From: Selaginella moellendorffii
Taxonomy: Eukaryota; Plantae; Lycopodiophyta
Direction: 5' to 3'
Length of the DNA: 64,000 nucleotides
NCBI RefSeq assembly: GCF_000143415.4
Contig: NW_003314270.1
Location: 124,001 to 188,000, forward strand
In this document: piece by piece, positions 34,454-46,156 of the stretch
Layout: each line of letters starts with the position of its first letter
How positions within the stretch are numbered: position 1 is the stretch's first letter
Made by a program: the position numbers and the translations under genes
The notes under the pieces: model-generated
The model's database searches: none
What the model was told of the DNA's origin: nothing
The model's input: only the letters and a program-made list of their open reading frames with translations

Positions 34454-35772
34454 TATTCCTTTACTAAGTTTCTAATGTATTTTATTTCAAGGTGAACAAT
34501 CCGAATCTGAATCAGAGGAGGCGTGATGGCATGTGGCCTTACGCCATTCCTAGGTGAGATGATACAAATAACAAGTATAAATTCTTAGTTGTTCTAGCAA
34601 ATCTTACTTAAAGTTCAAGGTGAACAAGCCGAATATGAATTCATCGGATTGTTATAACAAATTGCGAGGTGATGGCATGAGGCGATACGCCATTTGAGAG
34701 TGGTAGCCATTCCTATATGAGGTGAGTGAAATATTTATTAGAAATACCTCATTCAATTGTGCACTTCTAAGTCTTGGTCCACTCAGTACTGTTTGCATGT
34801 TTTTATTTTAATTCTTTCTCTAAAATGTTATTTAGCATATGGCTTCATGCCATTGCTCTCCACAATCATGCATTGAATTTTTCTATCCTTGCATAATACT
34901 TCTCCATATATATAGCATGTGCGCACATGTGATATGGTTCATTAGGCCTGATATAGTGTGTGAGGTAAAACAAAGATGATGTGACATATGCATTTACCAA
35001 TCACACGTGCATAAATCTAATAATATGGCGTGTGGCCCATATTAATGGCACATAAACCTGCTTTATGTACCATCATTCCCTTGCAGCGTGTGTGTTGGTT
35101 TCCTTTTATAACACAACGAACTCCATATTTTAGGGTGAAGAGCGTTCTCATGGCAAGCACAAAATCTGTAAGTGAGGCAGAAAAGGAGACGGAGAAGGAG
35201 ATAGGTGAAGATGTAGAATATATAAGTCTTCCAAACTCCCCGTACTATACTCCAAGTGATCATTTTTCTAAACAAACAGCAACATTAACAACTATCGAGA
35301 ACGCCCCAGTAACGTCAGAGACAACAATCCAAAGCAAAACAACTGACCCGGAGAAGGATGATAGTACTACTGAGAGTACCAAAAAGGAGGTGTCCACTAG
35401 CGCTTAGGCTTATAATGGCGTGTGCCCTCATGCCATTTACTTGATCACCAAATACCTTTTTCCCTTTGCACTAGTATATCTTAATACCGGTATGAGAAAT
35501 AGAATGGCATGTGCCCTCAGGCCTTTTACTAAATCACCTTTGAAAGAAATGCAAGCCTCTATGTCGTAAAAAAAAGGTACTAGAGAAATTCCTTAATAAT
35601 ATGAATGTTATTTAGTTTCATGAAAATACACTAAGGGTCAAATGAGTTAAATGACTTCTCCAGACTAGCAATGCCTCTTGCTACACCTTCACAGTGGAGG
35701 TCTGGACACAGAGATACATCCGAGAAATGAGGAGTCGCACAAGTAATAGAGGGACCTTATGCGAATAAGTTA

Positions 35773-36875
35773 GTGACCCTTCCATCTTTCTTTCGGGATC
35801 ATCACTCGGCACCGGTTCATCCAGTGTTTACTTTCCAAGCTCATTTTTATAACAAAAAGTCTCCTATTATTCTTAACGTGTTGGTTAATACAGGTTCAAG
35901 TTTATCTTCTATTGCTCGACCTGTTACCACACATTGCTATCTACACTTGTGTCGTATGGCGGAACTAATTTTCATTCTTAATAGCAACGGCCGTACACAT
36001 GCATGTGCACGGGATGAGGCAAACCTGGTTGTGCATGTGGGCAATCTTGAGCTTGGGTTGCAATCATTGTGGTGGTGCCAAGTTAAGCTTTTGACCTCAT
36101 TTTTTGTATAAATTAGTTGCAGTGCAATCATTCCAAGTGTGACTTTGAAGCTTTCTCCCTTTTATCCCATATTTCCTTATATTTTATTCATTCCTCTCAC
36201 TTTTATACCCCTTTGTCCCTCTATTTCTACCTTTACTTCTATTATTTTTGTCCCCCCATTATTTCCTCCTATGTTTCCATCTTGTTCTACTCTTCTCTTT
36301 CCTGATCCCTCTGACAATCTTTGTGTTATAGTAGTTGACCGACTCATGAGGGTGTATTCTAATCTCTTTAAATTTGACCTATTATCTAGGGCCAAGAGTG
36401 CCACACGTCATCCAATTTCAACCAAAGGTGCTCGTCCAATCAAAGTTCCTTTTTGTCGTCGGTCATCCAAAGATATCAAGATTTTACGGGCAAACGTCAA
36501 GGAGATGTTGGAGAAGGGTGTTATTTGAAAGTTGCGGAGCCTTTGGGCATGTGAACTTCATCTTGTGACGAAGCCTGATGGGAGTATTTGTTTCTGCATT
36601 GACTATCATCTGTTAAATGAAGTGACAATCCTGGATGTGTACCCTCTTCCTCACACTGTTGACCTCTTGGATCGTTTGGGGCAAAGTCGTTGGTTCACTA
36701 AGCTAGATCTTGCTTTTGGATACTAGCAAATATCAATGGCTGAAGAAGATATTCCTAAGACTCCTTTTCGTACACTGTTTGGTTTGTACAAATTCTTGAT
36801 GATGCCGTTTGAGTTGAACAATGCTCCAACAACTTTCCAGTAGATGATGGACAAGGTTCTTTGCAATATGCTAAA
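35773..36875 (+). mobile_element. Inverted middle piece of the interrupted Gypsy element (protease to proximal RT)
   Basis: Protease-like VLVNTGSS; RT motifs KPDGSICFCIDY, YPLP, FTKLDL and MPF..NAPTTFQ. Orientation is opposite to the flanking pieces. Confidence 0.85.
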
Positions 36876-37225
36876 AAGCTCTATTTCGTTAAAGTGGGAT
36901 TTATTCAGTAAAATGGGACTAGGTACAAATTTTCAAGTATTTGAAAATGACGTGAAATTATATGTTTTTTGTCTAGGGGCTAGACATATCTGGGGCATGG
37001 TGACTAGCTCGGTGACTTTGTGTCCAGACTGAGTCCATCTAGTTGTATAATAAATCTCATTGTCAAGGTGAACAAGCCGAATCTGAAGCTAAAGAAGAGC
37101 GATGGCATGCGCGCACACACTATTTGTTTGTTCATTGAGCGTATGGTGAGCTTTCCAAGATGAACGTCATTCCTATTAGCCAAACATATAACTTAATGGT
37201 GAGAACATTTAGATATTATTCAATG
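36876..37225. mobile_element. Displaced (inverted) right end of the DNA transposon with 24-bp TIR
   Basis: TIR at 36876-36899 follows TAAA. Contains a CAAGGTGAACAAGCCGAATCTGAA unit and a palindrome remnant like those at 34487-34700. Confidence 0.75.
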
Positions 37226-38066
37226 TTATCTTTTTCTAACGAAGATAATGCAATTATTGAAAGGCATCATCACAATTGTCGGTATGTCCGAATGTGCGTT
37301 TGAAAACGTTTGGGAGAATAATCCAATCCCCACAAGTGGCTGCACACAAACCATTGTACAATTGCAACACTGTCCCTTGGAGACATGTGGGAAACTCACA
37401 CAAACGTTGAGCATCATCCCAAGAATGATATGCGGTAATCACCGTGAAATGCTTAAACCAATAGTACACATCATCCCCAGGATTCCCATGAAAGAACTCT
37501 GGCCGAACGCTAGGATTGGCACCAAGAGTAAGAGGAGTTGTACCACGAGCTATGAATGCCACCATCAACTGAGTTTGGTTGTTCAATTGCAAATGCATAG
37601 CATCAAGCAATTGTATCAACTACTGCTCCAGAGTCAAAGGAGGAGATTGCTAATCTACCATGAAGATGAACAAAAAAGAAAGAGCAAAAGAAGAGAAATG
37701 ACAAAAAAATAGAAAGAAATGGAGATCTAGACAATGCAAAAAGCTAGATCTAAACTAAAATCCTAAAAATAATGAATAAAAGAAAGGAAATAAAAAAAGC
37801 TAAATTTAACAATGCAAAAGCTAGATCTAAACCAAAATCCCAAATCCAAGCACTCCTTAGGGACAATCAAAAGTGCCTTTCACCTCCACCAATGTGAATG
37901 CATGGAATATGGAAAGAGAATACAAAAAATGTGCATATCAATTAACCGAAAAACCCTAGCTTATATATAGGAGCGAGTGGTCTGGATTGAAATTAATCCG
38001 ACGGCTATTAAAATCCCACTATGCTAATATTAATATATGGCATCATAGCTATACATTTGGCCCTCA
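37226..38066 (-). mobile_element. Gypsy 5' part: gag N-terminus, PBS and 5' LTR (37893-38066)
   Basis: Gag-like PEFFHGNPGDDVYYWFKHF...WDD..RL. PBS TGGTGGAGGTG resembles the complement of a tRNA-Ala 3' end. Homologous to 34-830. Confidence 0.85.
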
Positions 38067-38625
38067 ACTCAAACATACATATAAGTGTTATTATAAAAAT
38101 TGAATATAATGTAGACAATGTTATGGGTATTATATGTATTATAAAACTAGAATACAATATGGTTATTAATGTAGATGTCATATGATTCTCTCAAGCACTA
38201 TTAAAGGACTAAAAAATAATCCAGTTTTTAATATAAGTGTAATACAAAATTGGAATACAATATGGGATAATATGGTTTATATTTGTAATATTTTAAAACT
38301 GGTATAGATAGTGTTATTGTTTATGATGCTTTGAACAATAGACCAACTAACATAGTGTGGAAGTGTAAGTGCTAAACAAAAATATGGAAATCCTAAAGAA
38401 CAAATTACTTCTTTCAAAATGCATGGAGAACTAGGAAAGAGGCATTTCAATAAGAAGAGATTTGATTAGGTTTACACAAAAAGTAAAAGTGAAATATTAG
38501 TCAGGCTATATGGCAATTTGAAGTTTAACTTGGTTGAAGAAGCTATAAACTCAAATTGCACGCCATCGAACTTTGTTGGCATACAAATATTTAGCTCTAA
38601 AATAAAAAGTTACTGTTAATGTTGA

Positions 38626-40716
38626 ATAATTTGCTATAGAGTTATGAGTGAAGTGCTGTATTAAATTGCTCTAATGCTTCATATAACTTTTGTAATATAT
38701 CTAAATCTGACTAGAACTTGGATATGAGGAAACCATTGATATGAGAGTGTTTAAATTGTCAAGAGCTTGTCATCAAGAGGAAGGGAAATTATGAATATTA
38801 ATAATAAAATATTGAATAATAGAGAAGAAAAAATGATTTTTTATATTAAAAAGGGGTAAATTTTTCTTTTCTTATTCTGAATATATTCAAAACCTTATCT
38901 TTATAGGGTCTTTAGAAATTAATTTGGTCCAATCCATAGTTAATCCAGAAATGTAATCTAGTTATAGGTATCTAATCCTATATGCCCATCTATATGCATA
39001 ATATATTTTAAATTTAAATCTGATGAGCAGAGGTTTAGGATTTAATTCTTCCTGTTGCTAGTAGTAGTGCTTGATAAATATAGAAAGATAACAAATATGT
39101 GATAAATTGTATGAAATTTTGGCAAACTCATCAATTGTAAGTATGATGAAAAGGTTGCTTAGCTCTAAATTAATGTTATTGTTGTATCTCTATTGCATAT
39201 TTTCCTCTTTAACCATTTTTATAAGTCACTTCCTATTGTGATTAACATAACAATGGTGCATGCTCTCAAAATTTCTAGGGCTACTTGTCATACACCTCTA
39301 ATAAAGTCATCTACTATAGTAGTTGTAAAATATAAAGAAAAACCAATTTTCATCTTTTTTTTTTCAAACCTTTACTATTGGTTGTTTGCTCAGTTTCTTG
39401 TTATAAAGAAAACTAAAAATAAAAAACAATTATCAAAATACAAAGAACTCATTTTCTTCCTTCTCAATTAGTCTTGGTTGGATCAATGTCTGATAATGAT
39501 CATGCTAAGATCATTTGCATATTAGATACCTTCCCCTTTTTGAAAGAAAAAATAAATAAATGACTCTAGAAAAAAAGAAAAAGGCATACCTAAGCACAAT
39601 TGAAATTGAAACTATAACCTAGTGTCAAATGTGGCTATTCACAGTCTTGCCTTATTTTATTAAAAATCCAACAATAACTCAAGTTGAGTAGATAATGGCT
39701 TCTTTACAGCTCTAAACACACACAACAGAAGATCAATGACTAAACCCTAGAATGGCAAAAAACTTTAACATTTTTTTGAGGGAAGTGTCAAGACCCCCAA
39801 CAAGATCAAGACTGGAAAATGCTAAAGACAAAGAGAAAAAGCTAGTGAAAACAAAGAAAAGGCCTTAGACTGGTGTTGATTCAGATTGTGGAGAAATGGA
39901 ACAAGGCTAACCTATATATACTATAGGTTGATGAAGCTCCACCACTCTTGGATCGAGGACAGCCTAAATACAGCTGAGGTCGAGGAGGCGCCACATCATC
40001 ATCAGGAATGTGGCTCGAGACTCAGGAATCGGGAAGTGTCTCGAGAGTCAGGAATAGGGAAGTGTCTCGAGAGTCAGGAATAGAGAAGTGTCTCGAGAGT
40101 CAGGAATGTGGTCTGCAGGTCAGGAATCCGGCGAGAGTCAGGAATGTGGCAAGAATTGGGGGATTCCTGACAGGAAGGTTGGAAGTTTTCTATAGGTAAA
40201 TATTTCCCATCAGGAAAGACTAGGCAAAATTTTGCTATTGGGACAGGAGAACCACAAATCTCTAGAAAAATATAAACAAAACACTAAGTAAGCCACTTGA
40301 ACCTAAGTAAGCAAAAACATTTGTGCATTTCTACCCAATCTATCTAGAAATAAACTTTCTTTAGCACATGAAAAATAATCAAAAATTAATTATATACCAA
40401 AACCAGGCTGAGATAATGGCTATCAGGTAAGTGTAGAGGTAAATTGTTGTACGAGACCCAGGTTCGATGCCAAAGGGTCCAATCAACAAGGACTTCAATG
40501 CAAAAATCTTGCTCTTTAAGTAACCCTTGTTCTGGTTCGCTAGCTCACTAAAACAACTTAGACTAGTTGGTTAGGACATTGGGTTCCCAGAGCATGCATT
40601 TCAGGTTTGATTCTTGCCAACGTTACTTGTAAAGCAAAGGATATTCACATATTAACATCAAACCAAAATGTTTATAATTCTTAAACTCAAATTAGTATTG
40701 AAAGAAAACATCATTT
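38626..40716. repeat. Right arm of the inverted duplication with 17258-18740
   Basis: Reverse-complement match, plus an extra solo LTR and ~175 bp absent from the left arm. Confidence 0.85.
39786..40172. mobile_element. Solo LTR (387 bp) of a second retrotransposon family
   Basis: TGTCAAGACCCCC...GGGGGATTCCTGACA termini; 5-bp TSD GGAAG; empty site in the paralogous arm (~17770-17795); internal 24-bp tandem repeats. Confidence 0.85.
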
Positions 40717-43700
40717 TATGAGTGCATGGAATGTGGAAAGGGATTACAGAAAATGTGCATATCAATTAGCCCAAAAACCCTAATTTATATATAGGAGCGA
40801 GTAGTCCAAATTGAAATCAATCTGACGGCTACCAAAATCCCATTATGCTAATATTAGTATATGGCATTGTACACTTGGCCCTCACATCATCCCCTCCCCT
40901 CGGAATAATGGAAAGCCATCAGGGTTCTCTTGTAGATGGGCCGGGATCTGGAGGAACGTCAGGAGGAGGCATCAGTGGATTTGTAGATGGTATTAATTAC
41001 TCCTGATCCCTTTGTATGAAGCGTTTCAACCACTGCACATGCACAATCTCCGGAGGATCAGCCTGCTGGATGTCATGCCGAACCTCATAAACTTGTGGTC
41101 CAACTTGCTGTAACACTCGATATGGTCCTTTCCACTACGCAAGGAGCCCCTTATATAAACCATGTACTATAAGATGGGGAAAACAGATTAATACCAAATC
41201 ATCCACTTTGTACTCCGCATGTGGACGATGATGGGAGTTGTAGTGCCGTTATTATCCCACTTGTACGTGGCCTAAGTATTCGGCAGACTCTTCTCAGACA
41301 AGTGGAAGAATGCTTGTCAAATACTAATCCCATGACCTAGCATCGGGAGCTTGTGGCAATCGCAAAGGTAAACCCAGCTCTGTTGGTAATATTGGATCAT
41401 GACCATATAGGAGTTTATATGGTGAAGCACCAACCAAACTTTGCACCCCTGTGACATAAGCATACCAAAGAGACGGCAAATAACCATCCCAATCCGAATA
41501 CTGAAAGTTCACATACTTCGCAATTATTCCTCTGAATGTCCAAATGAGCCATTCCACCAGACCATCTGATTGTGGATGATAAGCACTCATAAAAGTGTGG
41601 CGTATCCCCAACTGAGATGTCAAAATATGAAATACCTCAGCCATAAATACGAGACCATTATCCAAAAGAATCCACTTCAGACAAGAATGTTGGAACACCA
41701 CTCGATTGAGGAGGAAGTATCGAATAGCAGTTGCAGAGGCACTAGCAAAAGCACCAACTTCCACCAACGAGTCAAGTAGTCATAAGTAATAATAACATAT
41801 TCATTGTCAGCAGTTGATCCTAGAAAAGGTCCCATAAGATTAAACGCCACCAACTTAAACGGGTGGGAAACTACAATTGACTCTAACTGTCCTTCCGAGG
41901 CACAAGGGGGAGTATTATGGGCTTGGCACCAAACACAACTATGCATATATTGAATAATATCACATCGCATTTCCGGCCAATAGAAAGACTTATGCAGCTT
42001 CTCGGTTACACGACAATGTCCCATATGCTTGCCTAAAATAGGAGAATCATGGTAGGCATGGAGAAAATATAGAATAAAGACAAAAGGCACCACTAGCCGT
42101 AAAAGATCATCAGGATCCATCCCCACAAAATAAAAAAGGCCATCCTCAAAGCGATATTGAAAATATAAATGTTAGAATGGCAAGTCATCAACAAGTGATG
42201 CAGGATTTTCAAACCCATTTCGAAGCCTTTGAATCCATAGCTCAATCTTTTGAGCCTCCTGGACCTCATCAAGAGAAGGTAGATTTTGCTCTGTGCCTTA
42301 TGCACACTAAACGTCAAATACAGCAACTACCGATGGCAAAAAATCCTCATCTAAAAAATCCACAAATGCTGAAATAATAGGCTTGTCAAAAACATGAAAA
42401 GAGAGTGGAAAAGGAAGAGAAGCTCAAGAAAGGGCATTAGCATCAGCCATAGAATTCTCTAGGTGATGAACAACATCAAAATCATATATCTGAAGCTTCA
42501 AAGCCCACCAAGTAGTACGACCAAAATAATGAAGTAACAGCAATATGATCACTTTCAAGTAATGTCCGAGAACTATATAGATATACATGAAGTTTCTTGA
42601 AACCCCAGACTGTTGCTAAACACTCCTCTGTCGTGGAATAATTCACCTCCGCTAGTTGTAATGTACAGCTTATATACACAATAGGATGGCACTGACTAAA
42701 CACACTTGGGCTCTCTTGCATCAACACACCTCCAAAACTAATATCAGAAACATCCACCCGCAAAATAAAAAGTCAAGTGTAGTTAAGATATGCTAAAACC
42801 GGAGGAGATGTCAATAGCTTTTTGAGATCCATGAACACCCGCTCACAATTCGGAGACCAGATGAAAGATGACATTGATGACTTCAGCAACACTTGCAACA
42901 GTGTAGTGTGATCAGAAAGATGATCCATAAAACAACCAAAATACTGCACCCTGCCCAGGAAGTGTTGCACATCATTCACACATTTTGGAATAAGGAACTT
43001 TAGAACAGCCACAAGTTTGTTAGAATCAACTTGCAAACCCTCACGAGAAATATGGTACCCAAGATAAGTCGTGTCCCATGACCCAAACACGCACTTCAAC
43101 CACTTCAGCTTTAAACCAACGTCCCGTAGCCAATTCAACACTTTACAAACATCACGAACATGCTCCTCCTATGTCCCTTCCGAAAGGATCAAGATATCAT
43201 CAATGAAGTTAGTAGTCACCTCTGGCATATCTCAAAGAACCTCGTCTATCATCTGCTGGAAAGTTGTTGAGGCATTGTTCAAACCAAACGGCATCACCAA
43301 GAACTCGTACAAACCAAACAGTGTACGAAAAGCAGTCTTAGGAATATTTTCTTCGGGCATCAATACCTGCCAGTACCAAGAAGCAAGATCAAGCTTGGTG
43401 AACCAATGACTTCACCCCAGACGATCCAAAAGATCAACAATGTGAGGAAGAGGGTAGACATCTGGGATCGTCACTTCATTTCACAAACGACAGTCAATGT
43501 AGAGGATACTCTCATCAGGCTTTGTCACAAAATGAGGTTCAGATGCCCAAGGACTCCGTGACTTCCGAATAACACCCTTCAACATCTCCTTGACATTTGC
43601 ACATAAAATCTTGATCTCTTTGAATAACTAACGACAAACATAAACTTTGATTGGACAAGCATCCCCGGTTGAAATCGGATAACATATAGCACTCTTGGCC

Positions 43701-44225
43701 CTAGACGATAGATCAAATTCAAAGAGATTAAAATACTCTCTCATGAGCCAGTCAACTACTGCAACACAAAGATTGTCAGAGGGATCAGAAAAGGGAAGAG
43801 CAGAACAAGATGGAAACATAGAAGAAAATAATGGGGGGACAAAAGTAATGGAAGCAGAGGTAAAAGTAAAAAGATGAAAAGGTATGGAAGTGAGAGGAAT
43901 GAATGAAATGTAAGGAAGTATGAGATAAAGGGGAGAAGCCTCAAAGTTACACTTGGCATAATTGCGCTACAACCAATCTATACCAAGGATGAGGTCAAAA
44001 ACTTAACTCGGCACCACCCACAATGACTGCAACCCAAGTTTGAAATCGCCCACACGCACAACCAAGTTTGCCGCATCCCATGCACATACATGTGTACGGC
44101 CATTGCTATAAAGAATGAAAATTGGTTCTACCACATGACACAAGTGTAAATGGCAACGTGTGGCAACAGGTTAAGCAATAGAACCTAAATTTGAACCTGT
44201 ATCAACTAATACGGAAAGAATAATA
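40717..44225 (-). mobile_element. 5'-truncated Gypsy element (3' LTR 40717-40886, integrase, RNase H, RT, protease)
   Basis: Same family as the other short-LTR Gypsy copies. Uninterrupted at the RT site where the DNA transposon sits in the other copy (43216-43240). Confidence 0.9.
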
Positions 44226-44254
44226 AAAAATTACATATTTTGCATCATATATTT

Positions 44255-45258
44255 GCATCTATTGCATATTTTCCTCTTTAACCATTTTTATAAGTCACTT
44301 CCTATTGTGATTAACGTAACAATGGTGCATGCTCTCAAAATTTCTAGGGCTACTTATCATACATTTCTAATAAAGTCATCTATTGTAAAATATAAAGAAA
44401 AACCAATTTTCATCTCTTTTTTTTCAAACCTTTACTATTTCAGTTTCTTGTTATAAAGAAAACTAAAAATAAAAAATAATTATCAAAATACAAAGAACTC
44501 ATTTTCTTCCTTCTCAATTAGTCTCAATTGGATAAATGTCTGATAATAATCATGCTAAGATCATTTGTATACTAGATACCTTCCCTTTTTTGAAAGAAAA
44601 AAAAAACAAATAACTCTAGAAAAAAAGAAAAAGGCATACCTAAGCACAATTGAAATTGAAACTATAACCTAGTGTCAAATTTGGCTATTCACAGTCTAAC
44701 AAGAGTCATGAATTGTATGCCTTATTTATTAAAAATCCAACAATAACTCAAGTTGAGTAGATAATGGCTTCTTTACAGCTCTAAACACACACAATAGAAG
44801 ATCAATGACTAAACCCTAAAATGGCAAAAAACTTTGGAAGTTTTCTATAGGTAAATATTTCCCATCAGGAAAGACTAGGCAAAATTTTGCTATTGGGACA
44901 AAAGAACCACAAATCTCTAGACAAATATAAACAAAACACTAAGTAAGCCACTTGAACCTAAGTAAGCAAAAACATTTGTGCATTTCTACCCGATCCATCT
45001 AAAAATAAACTTTCTTTAGCATATAAAAAGTAATCAAAAATTAATTATATACCAAAACCAAGCTGAGATAATGGCTATCAGGTAAGTGTAGAGGTAAACC
45101 ATTGTACGAGACCTGGGTTCAGTGCTGAAGGGTCCAATCAACAAGGACTTCAATGCAAAAATCTTGCTCTTTAAGTAATTCTTGTTCTGGTTCGCTGGCT
45201 CACTAAAACAACTTAGACCAGTCGGTTAGGACATCGGTTTCCCAGAGCATGCATTTCA
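44255..45258. repeat. Third copy of the AT-rich segment plus tRNA-like repeat (direct to 39190-40605, lacks the solo LTR)
   Basis: Direct sequence match, e.g. the ORF-like text VINVTMVHALKISRAT. Confidence 0.85.
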
Positions 45259-46156
45259 GGCCTCCCGGGTCGCTGTGAATGCAATGCAGGTGGATATCGG
45301 ACTGGGACTGATCGACACATCGCCAAAGCTCCTCGTCTTTGACTGCATGCGGATCTTCTCGGACAGGCTTACGAGGATCTGCCGCAAGACCTGCGAAAAG
45401 GAGCTAAGCTCTGCGATCAGAGCTTCATTCGACAAGCCACTCCGCAAGGCCTGCAAGGGACGCACTCTCCATGCAAAGAAAGCGGATTTGACGTGCTCTG
45501 CGACTTTCGCAATGTTCGCGGCTGGTTTATACAAGGCTATGCAGGAACCCGTGGAGACTGCCCTCTCTGAAGAAGCCGTGAAAATTATGGCTAACTTCTA
45601 CCGAGGCGTTGTCGAAAGGTACGTTGCGAACTGGATATGGACAGCCTTGCTAACTTGCAAACTTCTACTTCTTGCAAACTTCAGGTACGTTGTGGAATCC
45701 AAAGGAGAGCTTGACGAGGAGGCTGAAGATCTCTTCAAGGCATTGGCACCAGAAAGCAAGCCAGAACTCGAGCTCGTTCTGAAGGAGTGGGCGACCTTCT
45801 ACAGTCAACGTGACAAACCCAACAAAGCTGCTCACCCCGCAACTTTCATCGAGGGCCCTCAGGAGGATACTCAAACCGAGTATGCACGCCTGGTCTACAT
45901 GAAGGAGGCATTGGAGATCCTGAGCAGGGGCAATAACCTTGACGTGGTGGGGAAATGTGCGGTCGTGCACTATCGAAACTACGTGGAGCATCACAGGCTG
46001 GCGAGTATGTTTTGGTTTCTTACCAGAAATCTTTATAATGGTGAAGTGCAGGTGCTGGAGGTGCTGGAGAATCGAAGGAGTAAAGGAAAGCTACGAGTGG
46101 TAAAGCCGGCTATGCCTGGTATGTTTTCGCCAGCTTTTCGTTTTTCCCTTTTCTAA
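45259..46156 (+). pseudogene. 5'-truncated copy of gene A
   Basis: Matches 12777-13674. The first ~90 codons are replaced by the repeat. Confidence 0.85.

Larger units (their letters stand above)
22448..35772 (+). mobile_element. Large cargo-bearing DNA transposon (Sola-like), main body
   Basis: Begins at terminus AAGCTCTATTTCGTTAAAGTGGGA, exactly where the Gypsy RT is interrupted. Contains a DDE transposase and divergent cargo genes. Right end displaced to 36876-37225. Confidence 0.75.

Noticed and set aside
35150-35407. Small Thr/Glu/Ser-rich ORF inside the transposon
   Set aside because: Low complexity, no recognisable motif or supported gene structure.
22834-37123. Palindromic 22-bp repeats as a CRISPR array
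   Set aside because: Spacing is irregular (tens of bp to kb), copies are degenerate and partly intronic, there are no cas genes, and the context is eukaryotic.
38400-38530. Possible hAT transposase C-terminal remnant (HFNKKR...EILVRLYGNLK)
   Set aside because: Too short and degenerate, with no TIRs or further domains, to support a call.
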